Position numbers and translations under genes: made by a program
Shown: piece after piece, positions 27,105 through 40,695 of the stretch
How the letters are laid out: each line of letters opens with the position of its first letter
How positions within the stretch are numbered: position 1 is the first letter of the stretch
DNA from: Vicugna vicugna
Lineage: Eukaryota
Reading direction: 5' to 3'
Length of the DNA: 64,000 bases
Assembly (NCBI GenBank): GCA_013265495.1
Contig: MU057503.1
Span: 372,001-436,000 of the forward strand
The notes under the pieces: model-generated
What the model was told of the DNA's origin: nothing
The model's input: the letters and a program-made list of their open reading frames with translations, nothing else
Databases searched by the model: none

Positions 27105-29238
27105 TGACTTTTTTTTTTTTCTAAACTAAATTGGTCTGAATTCAGGGTATTGCATAGACCATTTGTAACTTATCTATTTTTAATGTAAAACATGACTGAC
27201 TTTTTTGGATTGTGGAAGGCCTCTTTTCTGCATTTGTACTGATTTATTGTATAGATACAAGCTGTATAAATAACCTGGAATCGTTTTTACTGTCTTTTCT
27301 CATTTGTTTCCCCTTTGTGTTACTCGTTTATACAATCTCTTCTTTACGCTAATGCCAGAAATGACTTTTCCAAACGTGTAACTTTGGTCATTCATTTTTC
27401 CATCCTTGTAAAGCAAAACAAAATAATCTTTTCCTTTGCCATTGGCTCCTAAATACATACAGTACTGTTTTCTGACTCTGCTCTCTTCATGCTTTTTTCC
27501 CCACTAAACTTCATATACCCTACTCTCCCACCAAACTGAAATTCACAGTTTACCCAAGCAGTCCCAATCCTTTGCTCATTTCATTCTCCTGCCTAAATCC
27601 ACCCTGTTCAGATACCACACCACTTTTAAGCCTTGTTTTCATTCCTTAAAGGTGAGTTATTTCTTTTTTCAGTGAACTTGTAGCTCTCTTTTGTGTGCCT
27701 TTGTCTTAAAGCACTCTCCTTCAGTTACAGCTATGCATGTATATGACTCACTCCCCTTAAAGAGTAAAATTCTCTAGAGGCTTTTTGGATCATGTGTTAT
27801 TCTATTTTGAATCCTATACAACATTGCTACCCAAAGTGTGGTTTTTTTGGACCAGCCACAGGTCTTAAGAGTTTGTTACTGGTCCAGGAAAAGATAAAGA
27901 GCTGGCAACAGAGTCTAAGTCAGTTGTGGCTAAGCACACTGGTTCAGCTGATTCTTTTTTTCTTTTTTCATACAACAAGACTTTGTTATAGAAAGAAGTG
28001 TGTTTATTTACATTCTGGCACAAGCACCTTGGCAGACTGGTGCTTTAAGCAGTATTACCTTTAATAACCAGGAAAAAATAAATGAGTCACAGGATATTTG
28101 TTCTTGTTACTTGTTATATAATTAAATACATGATTTTCTCTTTTCAAAATTCACCGATTGTTACTTTGGCCTAGAAAGGGTGAATATGGTACTAAATATT
28201 AAGAGGCAGTAGACTTGTATATATATTCAACCCAAGGGAGGGGGTAGAATTTCTAAGAAAAATCCTGGAGCAGCGTCCTTAATGTATCCCATGAAGTTCA
28301 AATTTTAGTTATCTTAATAAAATGTTCTGGTTGATTTTTTTCAGAGAGGGAAACCATGAATTGATTCCTTGGAGACCAGTAAAATCTTTAATAGATAAAA
28401 GGATAGAACTGATTCTTAGAAATAGATAGTACTTAAGAAATAAGCAGGAAAGTCTCTATTTTTTCATGTTATTGCCATAGACATCTTAAATACAGAAAAT
28501 ATATTTCAATGCATAGTACTTGCATTATTTTTTATGATCCTTTAACAGCTGTCAAAAAAACCAGAATTTGTATAAAGGAAGAAAAGAGAGGGAAAACTCA
28601 GCAACCTTTTTTTTTTACAGAGTCAATGGGCCATGGATAGGGCAGTGTAGTAATGATAGATGATCTAACGAAATTAGTGTTAAAAATTGTTTAAGAGAGT
28701 TTGAATTATGCCTCTGGGCACATGAAATGAAGATTTAAATTAGATGTAACCATAAATGATGATATAATAACATATTAAAACGGTATGATAAGCCTCATAA
28801 AGAAACAGAAAAAACAAAGATAACTTAGAGAAAGCCAGGCCTTCCTGGCAGAAATATGTTGGACTGCTCATAGCCAGTCCAGAGTTCATTCAAGGGGATG
28901 ACTGCAAGGTTTGGAACCAGTGTACACGCGACATTTGTTTAGAATGTTTGTTATTTGTTTTAGGTTTTCTAGTGGGAGAGGAGGCATTTGTTGGACTTAT
29001 TTAGTTTAGAGGAATTTTGTATTTATCATTTTAGTTGCTCTTTAGTTAAAAATTTGAATAGGTCGTAAACATACACATGGTTTAAAAATTCAGAAATATA
29101 GAAAGATACACAGGGAAAAGTTTTAAGCTGGTCTTTTCCCTATTCAGTACCTGATTGGCTCTTACCTTATCACAGGCAAACATTTTTATTAGTTTGTGGA
29201 TCCTTCCATAAGTTTATCATGTAAATACAAAATGTATA

Positions 29239-29442
29239 CAGTTGGCAGGGATTAGGAGTGCCAACCTTCCAAGCAGTCAGAAATCCATGTATAACATACA
29301 TGGTTCTTTTATATCTGGGGTTCTGCATCCTTGGATTCAGCCAATAAGGAACTGTGTAGCACTGTAGTATTTACTGTTGAAAAAAGTCCGTGTAAAAGTG
29401 TATCTGCATGATTCAGACCTGTGGTTGTTCAAAAGTCAACTG
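29239..29442. mobile_element. Tigger2/MER8-like TcMar DNA transposon derivative
   Basis: Termini TA|CAGTTG...GTTCAAAAGTCAACTG|TA with TA TSD. Confidence 0.75.
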
Positions 29443-29638
29443 TACCCCAATACGCTCCCAGTTTTTAACATGAATGAATATGCATAATAGCCTCATATAA
29501 TAGCTACTGTTCTGAACACGCTTTATTTTTTTCCACATCACGAGCATCATGGAAATTCTTCCATATCAATGCATACAGCTTTTTCATTGTTACTGATAGT
29601 TAAGTCCAAAACGCCCATTAAGATCTATGGTTAGTTTT

Positions 29639-29843
29639 TTTTTTAATTTTTTAATTGAGTTATAGTCATTTTACAATGTTGTGTCAAATTCCTGTGTAGA
29701 GCACAATTTTTCAGTTATACATGAACATACATATATTCATTGTCGCTTTTTTTTTCTGCTGTGAGCTACCACAAGATCTTGTATATATTTCCCTGTGCTA
29801 TACAGTATAATCTTGTTTATCTATTCTGCATATGCCTGTCAGT
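29639..29843 (-). mobile_element. ~200-bp L1 3' end, same subfamily as the 21575-23977 element
   Basis: Closely similar to ~21590-21790; 16-bp TSD ATCTATGGTTAGTTTT at 29623 and 29844, followed by AA. Confidence 0.9.
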
Positions 29844-30022
29844 ATCTATGGTTAGTTTTAAGACATATTTTAATTTAAGAAATTTGAGTAGCTTCCCCTG
29901 GGTTAAGGTGTTATCTTAAATAATGTATTTTTGTATTTTCCTGTAATATACCAAAAATAAGTTTGATCAGTTGACTCTATATCTAGGCCAACCTAGATAG
30001 CTTTCAATCTATGCAATCTTTT

Positions 30023-31265
30023 TTTTTCCGATTCTTTTATTACAGTAAGAAATAAATACAACAAACTTACATTCATAACTATTTTTTCAGTGGTATTACA
30101 TACATTCACAATGTTGGCAACCATCATCACCATCCATGTCCATAACTCTTTTTATCTTGTAACTGAAACTTTATACTCATGGAGCAGTAACTCCCCATTC
30201 CCCACTTCTCCTAGTTGTTGGTAACCACCATTCTACTTCCTATCTCTATGAATTGTGACTGCTTTAAGTACCCCATATAAGTTGAAGCATACAGTATTTG
30301 CCCTTTTTTTGTGACTGGCTTATTGCACTTAGCTCATGTTGTTTAGCTGTCTTATGTGTGCCTTTGTCTTTTTCAAGGCTGAATAATATTCCATTGTGTG
30401 TGTATATATCTATATACATCCATTCATCTGTTGGTGGACACCTGGGTTGCTTCCATGTGTTAGCTGTTGTAGATAATGCTGCTGTGAACTTGAATGTACA
30501 TATATCTCTTTGAGACTCTGATTTGAATTCTTTGAGGTATATACCTAGAAGTGGAATTGCTGGATCATATGGTAAAAATCTATTTTTTATTTTTTGAGGA
30601 ACCACCATACCGTTTCCCACAGTGGCTGTACCATTTTACATTACCACCAACAGTGAACAAGCATTCTTGCTGTTTTATCCACATCCTCATCAACACCTGT
30701 TGATTACTGTTGTTTTTTTTTATAGTAGCCATTCTATTAAGCATGAGGCAGTATCTCATTATAGTTTTGATTTGCATTTTCCTAATGATTAGTGATGTTG
30801 AGCATCTTTTCATGTGCTTTATCAGCCATTTGTATATCTTCTTTGGAGAAATACGTATTCAAGTCCTTTGCCCATTTTTGAATTATTTGGTTTTTGTTGT
30901 TGAAGCCTTTTTGTGCCTCTGTGATCAGAAGTAACATTTACAGCACAGATCCCTGATGTTTGGAAGTTAGGGTCCTTTTTCCTGACCCTGACTTCCCCCA
31001 AGCTGCATGTAAGCTGCTCCAGGAACACACACAGCTGCCTACCACACGGCTCGGGGTGGGGGATGGGTAGCTGCTACCGTGCTAAGGGCTTAGATTGACA
31101 AAAATTAATCGCAGTATTCTATCCAAGTCTTCCTCTGGGAGTTGCAAAGGTTCGGTAGACTCCAGAGTTCCAAAATAGTTACATCAGATTCTTCCAGTTC
31201 AATTGTTGTCTAGGTGGGTAGACAGATTCCTGGCACTTACTACGTGGTCATTTCTCAGAGTCCTC
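30023..31265 (-). mobile_element. L1MA/MB-like element with the 3' end joined directly to the 5' UTR (large internal deletion)
   Basis: ORF2 C-terminal ORFs 30264..30620 and 30580..30813; 30920-31265 resembles an L1M-type 5' end; degenerate 15-bp TSD at 30008-30022 and 31266-31280. Confidence 0.75.
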
Positions 31266-32868
31266 TCTGTGTAATCTTTTGTTAAAAGATTAGGGGAAAG
31301 TTTTACAGACAACAGCTAGAGCAGACTGTTTAAAACTACCTGGACCATTGATTTTTACTGTTTTTTGTTGTTATTGTTGTTAAGCAGCAAAATTCTCTTT
31401 ACAGTTGAAATCTGAAATGGATTTCCAACATACAAAACAGATAAAAGCAGAACATCTCTCACCTGACATTCCCTCCATCACCAGTATCCATCAGCCTCAC
31501 TCCCCCTTTGTTCTTCCCACCTCCACTCCAAGGAAGTCCCTGTTTAGGTGGAGAAGAGATTAAATGAACATTTTAGCATTTCCCAAGATATGTACTAAGC
31601 AATGAATATTAATGATGAGGGATGTCAGTAGATATTGAATGGGAAAAAAATTCCATAATGAAATTAATTTTGGAAACCTTGGCTTGGATAAAGTTAGATC
31701 TGTTCTTTTACTTTGAGCCTTTAATAAATTCATGTGAGTTATGAATCCCCAAAAGGGAAGATGATACATACATTTGTCAAGCTTACTTGACGATGGTGTT
31801 TTTCAAAGAAGTAACTCGAAGAACAATAGTTTGAGAACCTCATTCCTTTATTCTGTAGTATAAGTTGACATACAAGAAATTATATGAGTTGATCAGGGAC
31901 ACACAGCATTACCTTATTTCAGAAAGGTATTTAGACACTTAATTGACACTCAATAAATTGGAGTGAAGAAAAGAATCAAAGCTCCTTATGCATAGTATTC
32001 TTTCTTTTATACTACGCTCCTACCCAGATTTGAGATTTGTTCTGCCTAGTGTCATATACATATACTAAGAAAAATCTGTCATCAGGTTTTGTTGTGCATT
32101 GTGCTCAATAATATGCACAGTACTTATAGGAAAATAGAAATGTAACATGTGATCTCAGAGTATAAGGCAATTACAAAGTAACTGGGGTGTAACATTTGTC
32201 CATTCACCAAATAGTGTTTAACTGTACTAGTTGTTCATAACAGTGGTGAAGAAGCAGAAATGTCCCTTCCCACTACAGCTTAAATCTAGTCATGTACATT
32301 AAAGATTAGCAAACAGTGTAAGAGTGTAGTGGGTCTATTTGTGGTCATTTGAAGTTAAAATCAACATTAAGGACATTACTAGGAAAATCATTTAAGATAC
32401 ATATATATTTAGCATACAGCTGCATAAAAATGGAATTGCTTTCTAATTGTTCTTGAAAAGTACAGTTTATTCTCTAGCTATTATACTGAAAGTGACAATG
32501 GTTTGAATTATTCTAAGCTGTTTTGTTAGCATCCAAGGCCTTCACAAACGGAAGCATCATGTAAAATGTACTTTATCAAATTTGTTGGTATGGACAACTC
32601 TGCACACTGGTCGTGTATTTTTCCCTCATGCCTTATTAAGTACTGCAGGAAGTCACCCAAAGTTTAAAAAAAGAAAAGGTTAAGGAATGGAGGTGGGAAG
32701 AAGAACGGGGAGTGGAGCTGATGGGTGCTGGTGAGGGAGGGAGTGTCAGGTGCAATCTCCCTGTTCGGGAGTTTTTTCTTTGCATCGTATTTCTTTGCGT
32801 TGTGTTTATGTTATAATCTTCTATTCCAATCCACTCTTTTTTGAGGTTTTATACTTTTTGCATTACAG

Positions 32869-33032
32869 TTGATGGAAATACCTGGGCTCAAGTAATTGCC
32901 TTATACCCAACGTTAGTGGAATGCATCACCTGCTCATCTTCAGAAGTCTGTTCTGCCCTTAAAGAAGCACTGGTTCCTTTTAAGGACTTCATGCAACCAC
33001 CAGCATCCAAAGTTCAAAATGGAGAATCTTGA
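32869..33032 (+). CDS. MON2: MON2 terminal exon, coding part ([54 protein letters not shown])
   Basis: Acceptor cattacag|TT completes the phase-1 codon; TGA stop at 33030-33032. Confidence 0.95.
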
Positions 33033-35100
33033 CCAGCTACAATAAACTCAAACAAGAAAGACAGCTGAAGAATGTTTGCTCCTCAGTGAGTTTTCTGTGA
33101 GAAGGACATTTCTTACCACAAATAATTCTTGGCAGCTGTTGTTGGCCTCCTTTAAATTGTACTTACCTGAGTTAAGTAGTTCACATTACAAGCTTACATG
33201 TCAACAAAGGCTCCTGAATGAGTAGCAGTGCAAGCCTTTAATAAATTGATGGAAGAGGTGGTTAATACTGCAGCATACCTGCTACTGTTTCTTCATTGGG
33301 TGATTTAAAAGTGAGCTTATGTACAGTTTGTGGTGTATGTGTTAATGATGTACTTTTTAAAAAGAAAGAAAAGATATTTCATTTACTCAGATTTATTAGG
33401 CTGGTGTTTTTGCGCCCCTTTTCTAGTACAAAATTGTACTAAACTTTTATGCAAGACGGTACTGTAACATTCCATATTGTCTATAACCAGCCTTTGTAAA
33501 CAAAGGGAACTGATATACTTGTGTGTATAATAAATGGTACAGTTCTGTATAAAATAGCTGCATTTATTATTTAAATTTTTAAAATATTGATGTTAAATGC
33601 TTGAAGCTGTATTTATTATTAATGCAAAATTGTTTGCTTACATTTTTACTTATAATTTGCCTTAAGTGGCAGATATGCTCACCATATGATCATGCAGTTA
33701 GCTGAATGCTTATTTTAAGTGTATTTACTAGTGACTGTTAAACATCTAACCAGAAAGGTCATGTGAACATAGCAGCAAATAGTTGATGATTTGCTGACTT
33801 TGCAACTTTCAAGTATAGATTATTAACTTAATATGTTGGGATATATTGTAGCACTATGACTCCGTCATACCTCATTTCTTTAATTATCTTTCTCAGATTT
33901 CACATAAGTCTGTCTCTTTTTATATTTGCTGTCTGAATTTTAAAGACTTTGCATACTTTATATTTCTACTGATCTTTTTTTTCCCACTAACGACATTTCA
34001 CTGTCTTTGAATTATGACCCAGGCAAGATGATTTCACGTTTCCCAAGATTTTGCTGTGAGGTTTTGTCCATTTCAGTGCTTCATTTTGTATGTCCTCTCA
34101 AGAAGAAAATAACTGTGCTCTAACCCACGAATTTAAAATGCGTGTAATAGTCCACAACAACGAGAAGTGTATTTTTTGAGACAGTGAAGCATTTAAAAGT
34201 GCGGTAAACTTTGTCATGGAGTGAAATGCCAATTTTGTTTCACCTTCCTATCTTAGTGAAGAAGAAAAGTGCTCTTGAGTACATTAACTTAATTGTTTCT
34301 AAAAAAGCTGACTGACCTAGCTCACTGTACTTTTTATTTAATGGATTATGGTATTGTCATAATTTTATCCTGAGTTAAGTTTTCATAATTATTTATATGA
34401 AGACTCAAAGATGTTTAAAACAATGATTATTCATAAGAAATCATAGTAGTCTTAGTATTATTTTAGTATGCTGGAAGGCCTTTGATTTTAATAGAATTTA
34501 TTAATTTCAGCCTCTCCAGAATAATTATAAAACTACGAGAAGATATTAGAATTAAGTAATGAATTAGATACAATTTTGAGGCTGTTGTAATTGTATATTT
34601 AATTTGCACTGTTATCTGTAGACATGTGATCAGGTCTTTTTTTTGAGGGGATATTATTTTTATTTACATGAATTAATGAATTTCTATTTTATAATTTCAC
34701 CTAAAATTAAGGTAAAATATGACATTTCCTAGACTCTCTTCAAAATTTTCCTTTAAGAAAGTTGTAAAAAAAAAATTCAAGCCGTATATTTAGTTTATTT
34801 TCTGTATTTGGATATGTTAAATTGGGGATTAGAAACGTCTGCATATCACTGATAAAGTATTCAAATAGAATAAGAAGGGTAGTGTTCCAATTCAGTGACA
34901 CCTTAAAAATATTGCCATGAATTTACATGAAGTAAAAATATGTCCATTCTTAAGAAATAGCAGATCAATTGCAATCAGAATAATTATGCTCCAGTGAAAG
35001 TTAAATGTGAGTCTTGGGTATGTAGCTATAATGTGAGTAGTTCTAGCTATTGTATTAGTTTTCAATACTAGAACCATGCCCTACAGAAAAAAAAAAGAAA
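33033..35100 (+). other. MON2: MON2 3' UTR (3' end uncertain, may extend several kb further)
   Basis: AU-rich, repeat-poor sequence after the stop; AATAAA at 33041, 33240 and 33529. Confidence 0.6.
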
Positions 35101-38100
35101 ACCCCACAAATGTGGTGAATGTGTAAATATCATATATGGTAATCAGTGCCCGTCTTAGTGATGAGCAAAGTGGGCCGCCCCCTAGGTGGTGTAATTTGAC
35201 TGATTTTTCCTCCCAGGATATCTCCTGCCACCCCTAGGAATCACTGCTAGCAATTCATTCCTTTGAATCAAGGCTGCATTTTCTAAAATATCCTGACCCC
35301 TGGGGAGGTTACTACATTGCACTTGTCTTGGTATGAATTGCCTTCTTCAGGGACTAGAAGAACCGGGCTGTGTGAGATTACTAGATGCTAGGAGATTCAA
35401 AAAAGAAGCTCCCAAAGCTGAGATCATTTTATAGCACAATTGAGACTATGACTAGGACTGAAACAGTAGTAATAATGTCCTTTGAGATTCGTATTATAAA
35501 TACAGTGAGTTTTCAGTCTCGCATAATCACTTTTTGTCACTGACAGTGCCTATCTTACAAAGCTGGCTAGACAACAGGCATATGCCAACAATTGGGTTCA
35601 AGTCCTTTTCTAGCTGTTTTTTCCAGTATAAAGAAACCAAACTAATTTTCAACGTGAATAACTTACTTTTTTAGTTCCCTGTAATGCTACCACTGCCAAA
35701 AAGGAAAAGAAAAGGTCATTTTGTAGTTTCTTATTTAGTTTCTTTATAGTTAGTGTTAATATTTTGTTAGTTTTACTATATATATTTGTAACATTTATGT
35801 ATTAGGAGTCTGCTAGGTGCCAAAAGAAAAAGAAGATGCATAAAAGTCTGGCTTAGAACCGCTTTTAACTTTTTTTAATAATCATGCCTAGTTGTGAGGC
35901 AGTGAAGAGCTGAGGCTCTGCCTCCTATTCAACTTCACGCACGTTAACTTTTCACAGCCTGTTTTCTTATCCTGAAACAGAGATGATAATCAATGAGTTA
36001 CTTGTTCTTCAGAGAAAACAATACAGAGTTGGAATTTTGAGTTGATTTCATAATGACATTCTTAGGGTAACTATTTACGTTGTTTGATAAATTTATTGCT
36101 ATTCCTAAGCTGAGACTTTTGACTCTATGATTTTCTCCCTTTTCCTCCTGCATCATTTTCATCTTCTCTTTCTTTCTTCTTTAAGTTCTATATCCACCTT
36201 ATCTCCTTTCGTTTACTTTCCCCTAATTTTTCGTTTTCTCCTTTCATCCTCTGCCTCTTCTTTTCCTCTAATTTCACCTGGATCTCTTCAAAAGAAACAG
36301 AGCTATTAGTGGTAGGACCACTACCAGCTGCCTTTCTATTAAATGAGACTCTGAAAATACCTTCCACTTTGGCCACTGCTGCTTTTTTTGCGGAGGTGAA
36401 GTCCCCCTGCCATTTCAGTGGCTGAACAAGTTAAAGCAATCTGTGGCTATTGCTCCTGCTTTCTTTCTGAATCCACAGGATTCAGCAGCCAGGATGCTCA
36501 CAAAATGAGATTGCTATAAATATGATGAATTCAGCAGCTAAACTTGGAACAATCATGTCTTTTATGTGGATAGAGAGATTACACCACTTTTATCAAAAGG
36601 GGGTCTTTAAAATCCGCTTACGAAAGTTGTGTTTTTTTGTCGTTTGGGGGAGGGCTTTTTATTTGTTTTTGGAGGCAGATACTTTGAACTATTTTATATT
36701 TATGTTATATAAATATTATTTGTTGATTTATAATATTTGCACAGTGCCTACTTTCAAGGAGGACTCGAGACAGCATATTGCCCATGTATTTCAGCTGTTT
36801 CTGTTTTTCTCTTGAAAGCAGTATTCTTTGATAGAAGACCTAGAATGTTAATAATACTCATCTCCAGTCTTTCTTGGGTGTATTTGGTATCTGTGTGCTT
36901 GGAGCTTAGAGTGATACAGAGGTCAGTTGAAACATTCTTACACTGTGGGATTGATTCTACCCCCTCAGGTAAGAAAAAAATTTATTGTGCCCTTGAATCT
37001 TGAGACCATTTTCAGTTGCTGCAAATGTGGTTATATTAAATTTTATTTTAAACTAACATTCAATAAATAGTGCAACCAGGGAAGATTTGCTAAACCATGC
37101 CATTATTTGGGAAACTATTGCAATATATGAACAACTGCTTCTTTCTGTGAAGTTTTGCTAGATGGGAGAAAAATTCTAAAGCTATAATACTGCAATCTTA
37201 TTCTTTTTATCTAGAAAAATAAAATATTAGGCTTCAGACCCAACTGTGAAAATTGCATTTGCTTTCCAGCTTTTACTACCTCTGTGTCATAATTTTAACA
37301 CATAACATACAACTTCTGTCTCTTAAGGCAGTTACCATATGGTGTTTATGTCAGACTGGATATATTTATCTAATTTTGTGAGATTCTTTTTTAGCTCCCG
37401 ACACAGTTCTTGAAAGTAATACTGCTGTTGTTACACTTTCTCCTTGCAATTTTTATGTTGTTGAGATGTATCAGTTATGTATTATAATCATGGAAGTCTC
37501 TTGGCCTCAAAGCCAAGTTTTCTTAGTGGCCTAGGATAGATTTTTCACAAAAACTGCATAGTTACAGCTGTGATTACATAGGTCCTTAATTTGCTTTACA
37601 GTTAGCACTCAGCATGATTCTAGATTTTTAATTATGTTCCAGCAGTACTAGTTTTCTCAGTATAACTTAAAATCATAACCACTTTGAGAATTTATTTTCA
37701 GATCTGATAAAACTACTCATTTTTTCTTTAATGTACATTGTTTGCTTCCTCATTCCCACTAGGTTCAACACTTTAGTGACATCCTACATCACTGACTCTG
37801 TTTAAAGACTTCATAAGTGATTCAAATATTTGTATCAATTTGGAAAAACCTTTATAAAATACAGTAATGGAGATGTGTTTTTGAGATGTCTCTTTGGTGA
37901 ACTATTAATATAAAAAATGAAAAAAAATACAATCAGAAGGACATTATGAAATATCTCCTAGTAGTTTAGAAAGAAGATTGAGAACTATGTGTGAAAATTT
38001 TAGGTCAAGTAAAAAGCATAATCCTCATGCAGATTCGACTCTTTGGATTATTTTTTGTTTCATGAGCATTCCTATTTACTTTTAATTTGGTGAGATTAAT

Positions 38101-38299
38101 TTTGAAACTGCCTACGTATAGCAATGCCGGACTATCCCTCCACCTCTCAGAGAAAAAGTTTATTTTAAAATTTCTTTTTTTAAAACCTGTGTAATAAATG
38201 TATGATACTGAAAGATTCCTCCATAGTACTTACAGAAGTCAGGTGTAGTTACAATAATTTTTCTAATTTCTAATTTTAATCGTCATTTCTGGAGGACCT

Positions 38300-38460
38300 A
38301 GTATGTGTCAGTCAGGGCTTTGCCTGTATTATTCCTTTTAATTCTTGCAGCAGTTCCTGCAAGGAAGGTAGTAGTATACTTATTTTACAGAGGAGGAAGT
38401 CAAGTTTTAGAGGGTGAAGTGACTTACCTAGAGTTACACATCTAAAGTCTGTGAATAAAC
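38300..38460 (-). mobile_element. MIR SINE
   Basis: attttacagaggaggaagtcaag...aagtgacttacctagagttacaca. Confidence 0.7.
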
Positions 38461-38774
38461 ATCTCATTTCAAAAGCAGTTTTTTTCCACAGCATGTTAGA
38501 TTCACATTTTACAAAACAGATCCACACTCCATTAAAATACATGGTTTACTGAAATAAACTGAAAATGCTTTTTAGACAATTACTATTTCTGTGAATAGGC
38601 ATTGGGACAAACACACTTGAATGTAACAGAGAACTTCAGATATTGTGAAAAAAAGATTTGCCCAATGACTATGATCTCCAGAGCTGCACTGGGTTTTTAT
38701 TATTGGTCCAGGAGAGTTTAAAACATCTTAACTGATTTGTAGTTTTTTATAAAGGATTGTTATATTATAGCCAA

Positions 38775-38985
38775 TAGCTTAGTGGTTAAGAGCCCAGAGT
38801 TTGGGGTTAGACGTCCTCTATGCAAATTCTAGCAGTGTTAATTTACTAGATGTGTGATTTTGGGTTAATTAACCTCTTTTGGTTTCCTCATCTGTAACAT
38901 AGTAGTGTTTAGCTCATAGAGTTGTTTATTAGGATTTAAAAAGGAGTGTTGTAAACAACTGTCCCTGGCACATGGTAACTGGTGG
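38775..38985 (+). mobile_element. MIR SINE
   Basis: agtggttaagagc...tgtgtgattttggg...ggtttcctcatctgtaa...cctggcacatggtaa. Confidence 0.75.
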
Positions 38986-40695
38986 ATGTTATAGTTAAAA
39001 AAACAAACACAAACCAAATTTTTGGTACACATTATACAAGAAATGGGCAGAAAACTCATACCTTCTCACAGAGTGATCCATTTTTTGCTTTTTACTGAAC
39101 AACCACAGTGTATTAAGATTCTACTATGTATATATTTATAACTGTGTCTTTGCTGTATGCAGTAGAAGTCATTGGGGGCTCTCAGGTGCCTATAGCTTGT
39201 TGAGGAAACCATATACATAAAATAATACTAAATTAATTTAGTATTATTAATACTAAAGATTAATAAGGAAATGAAATATCTTAATGGTAGAGATTGAACT
39301 TAAAATGGGCCTTGATGGTTACGTAGCTTTTGGCTGGGTCCAAAGTATATTGGAGGGTGTTTCAGATAATGACAAATAAGGTGAGCAAGTTGTATCTCTA
39401 AGATATGAAGAAACTGATAGAGTACAGTTCTGTGTGTTGTATGAAACAAGGTTGATGGTAAGGGATTGAGGCCCATTCATGAAATTCCTTGAAAGCCAAG
39501 CAGAGTAGTTTAGATTTGAGGTGGCAGGAGTTTGGAGTGATTATTTTTAGGAGTAAATTATGAAACTAAGGAAGATAAACTTGCAGTTATAAGCAGGATA
39601 GAGTGAAAGAATATAGGGAAAGCTAAGATAGCAGACTGTTGCAGTGTTTCTGCTGTGAGGTCACGATGAAGGATTGGTAAACTAAGGGTGCTCCACATTT
39701 GGAAAGGATGCTTAGATTCTGGATATTATCGGTGGAGACAAAGATTTGATAACAGCACATTGTGTCTGAAGGATGAGTAGATTGATGTCAACACTGTCAA
39801 AAAAAAAACCAGGTTAATTGTGGAAAGGAATCTGATACAATTAAAGCAGTGTAATGACCACTTTTATTTGGAAATTGTATTGCTCTCATGTATCTGTATA
39901 CTGTAGACCACACAACTGTTTGATGACCATTTGAAAATCTGTACCATTATGACAGATGACATTTGCTATGGTGCAGGAAGATGTGGTCCACTGCGCAGTG
40001 AAGGAGCAGTGGGGGATGATAGCCACGGCAGCCCAGCCACTGCTGACAGGGAAAGGTGGTATGAATCATAGTGAAACTGTTAGTGAAGTTTCTACAGAGT
40101 TTGTGGTAAGCACCATTGTGATACACAGTCATTTTTATACTTTATCAAGTAAGGAATTTAATTTCAGGTGTGTCCTGTATACACACAGAAATAGATACTG
40201 TCAACTGGAAATAGTTCAGATTGGCTATTGCAGGCAAAGTACCTTCAGCAGTTGCTTTAAAATGCCTACGATAAGCATGACATTGAGATCTGTCAGTCAG
40301 TGAGTGGGAATACCCAAATGTATTTTATTTTCTGAATTTGCATATTACAAATTTTATTTTGAAACATGGCAAGATGCTTTTTAATTTGAAAACTTGTTCA
40401 AGAAATTGTCCCCCATCACCAATACCATACAGAATAGAAACAAAGACACTGTTATGTAATCTTTAATTTGCAATGAGATTCTTTGCCTGAGAGCTGTTAT
40501 ACAAAATTAGATTTTGCTGGTTTAAACTGGGGGAAAAAAACCAAAAATTTATTTTTCCAAAAAGTAATTACACATGTATGTCCCTTGTGCGTGGTTTGGA
40601 GTAACCCTCTAGCCTTAATTAAACCATCAAGGTATCCTCTCAGCCAGTCCCAAGTATGAACACACTCTTTTAATTCCTCCATTCCCTTTGTTATA

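Noticed and set aside
26362..27124. GC-rich segment with several ORFs as a nested gene
   Set aside because: Explained as the 5' UTR of the minus-strand L1 bounded by the TGACTTTTTT TSD.
39947..40303. 115-aa ORF and the CACTGCGCAGTG palindrome
   Set aside because: No recognisable homology or splice context; consistent with chance.
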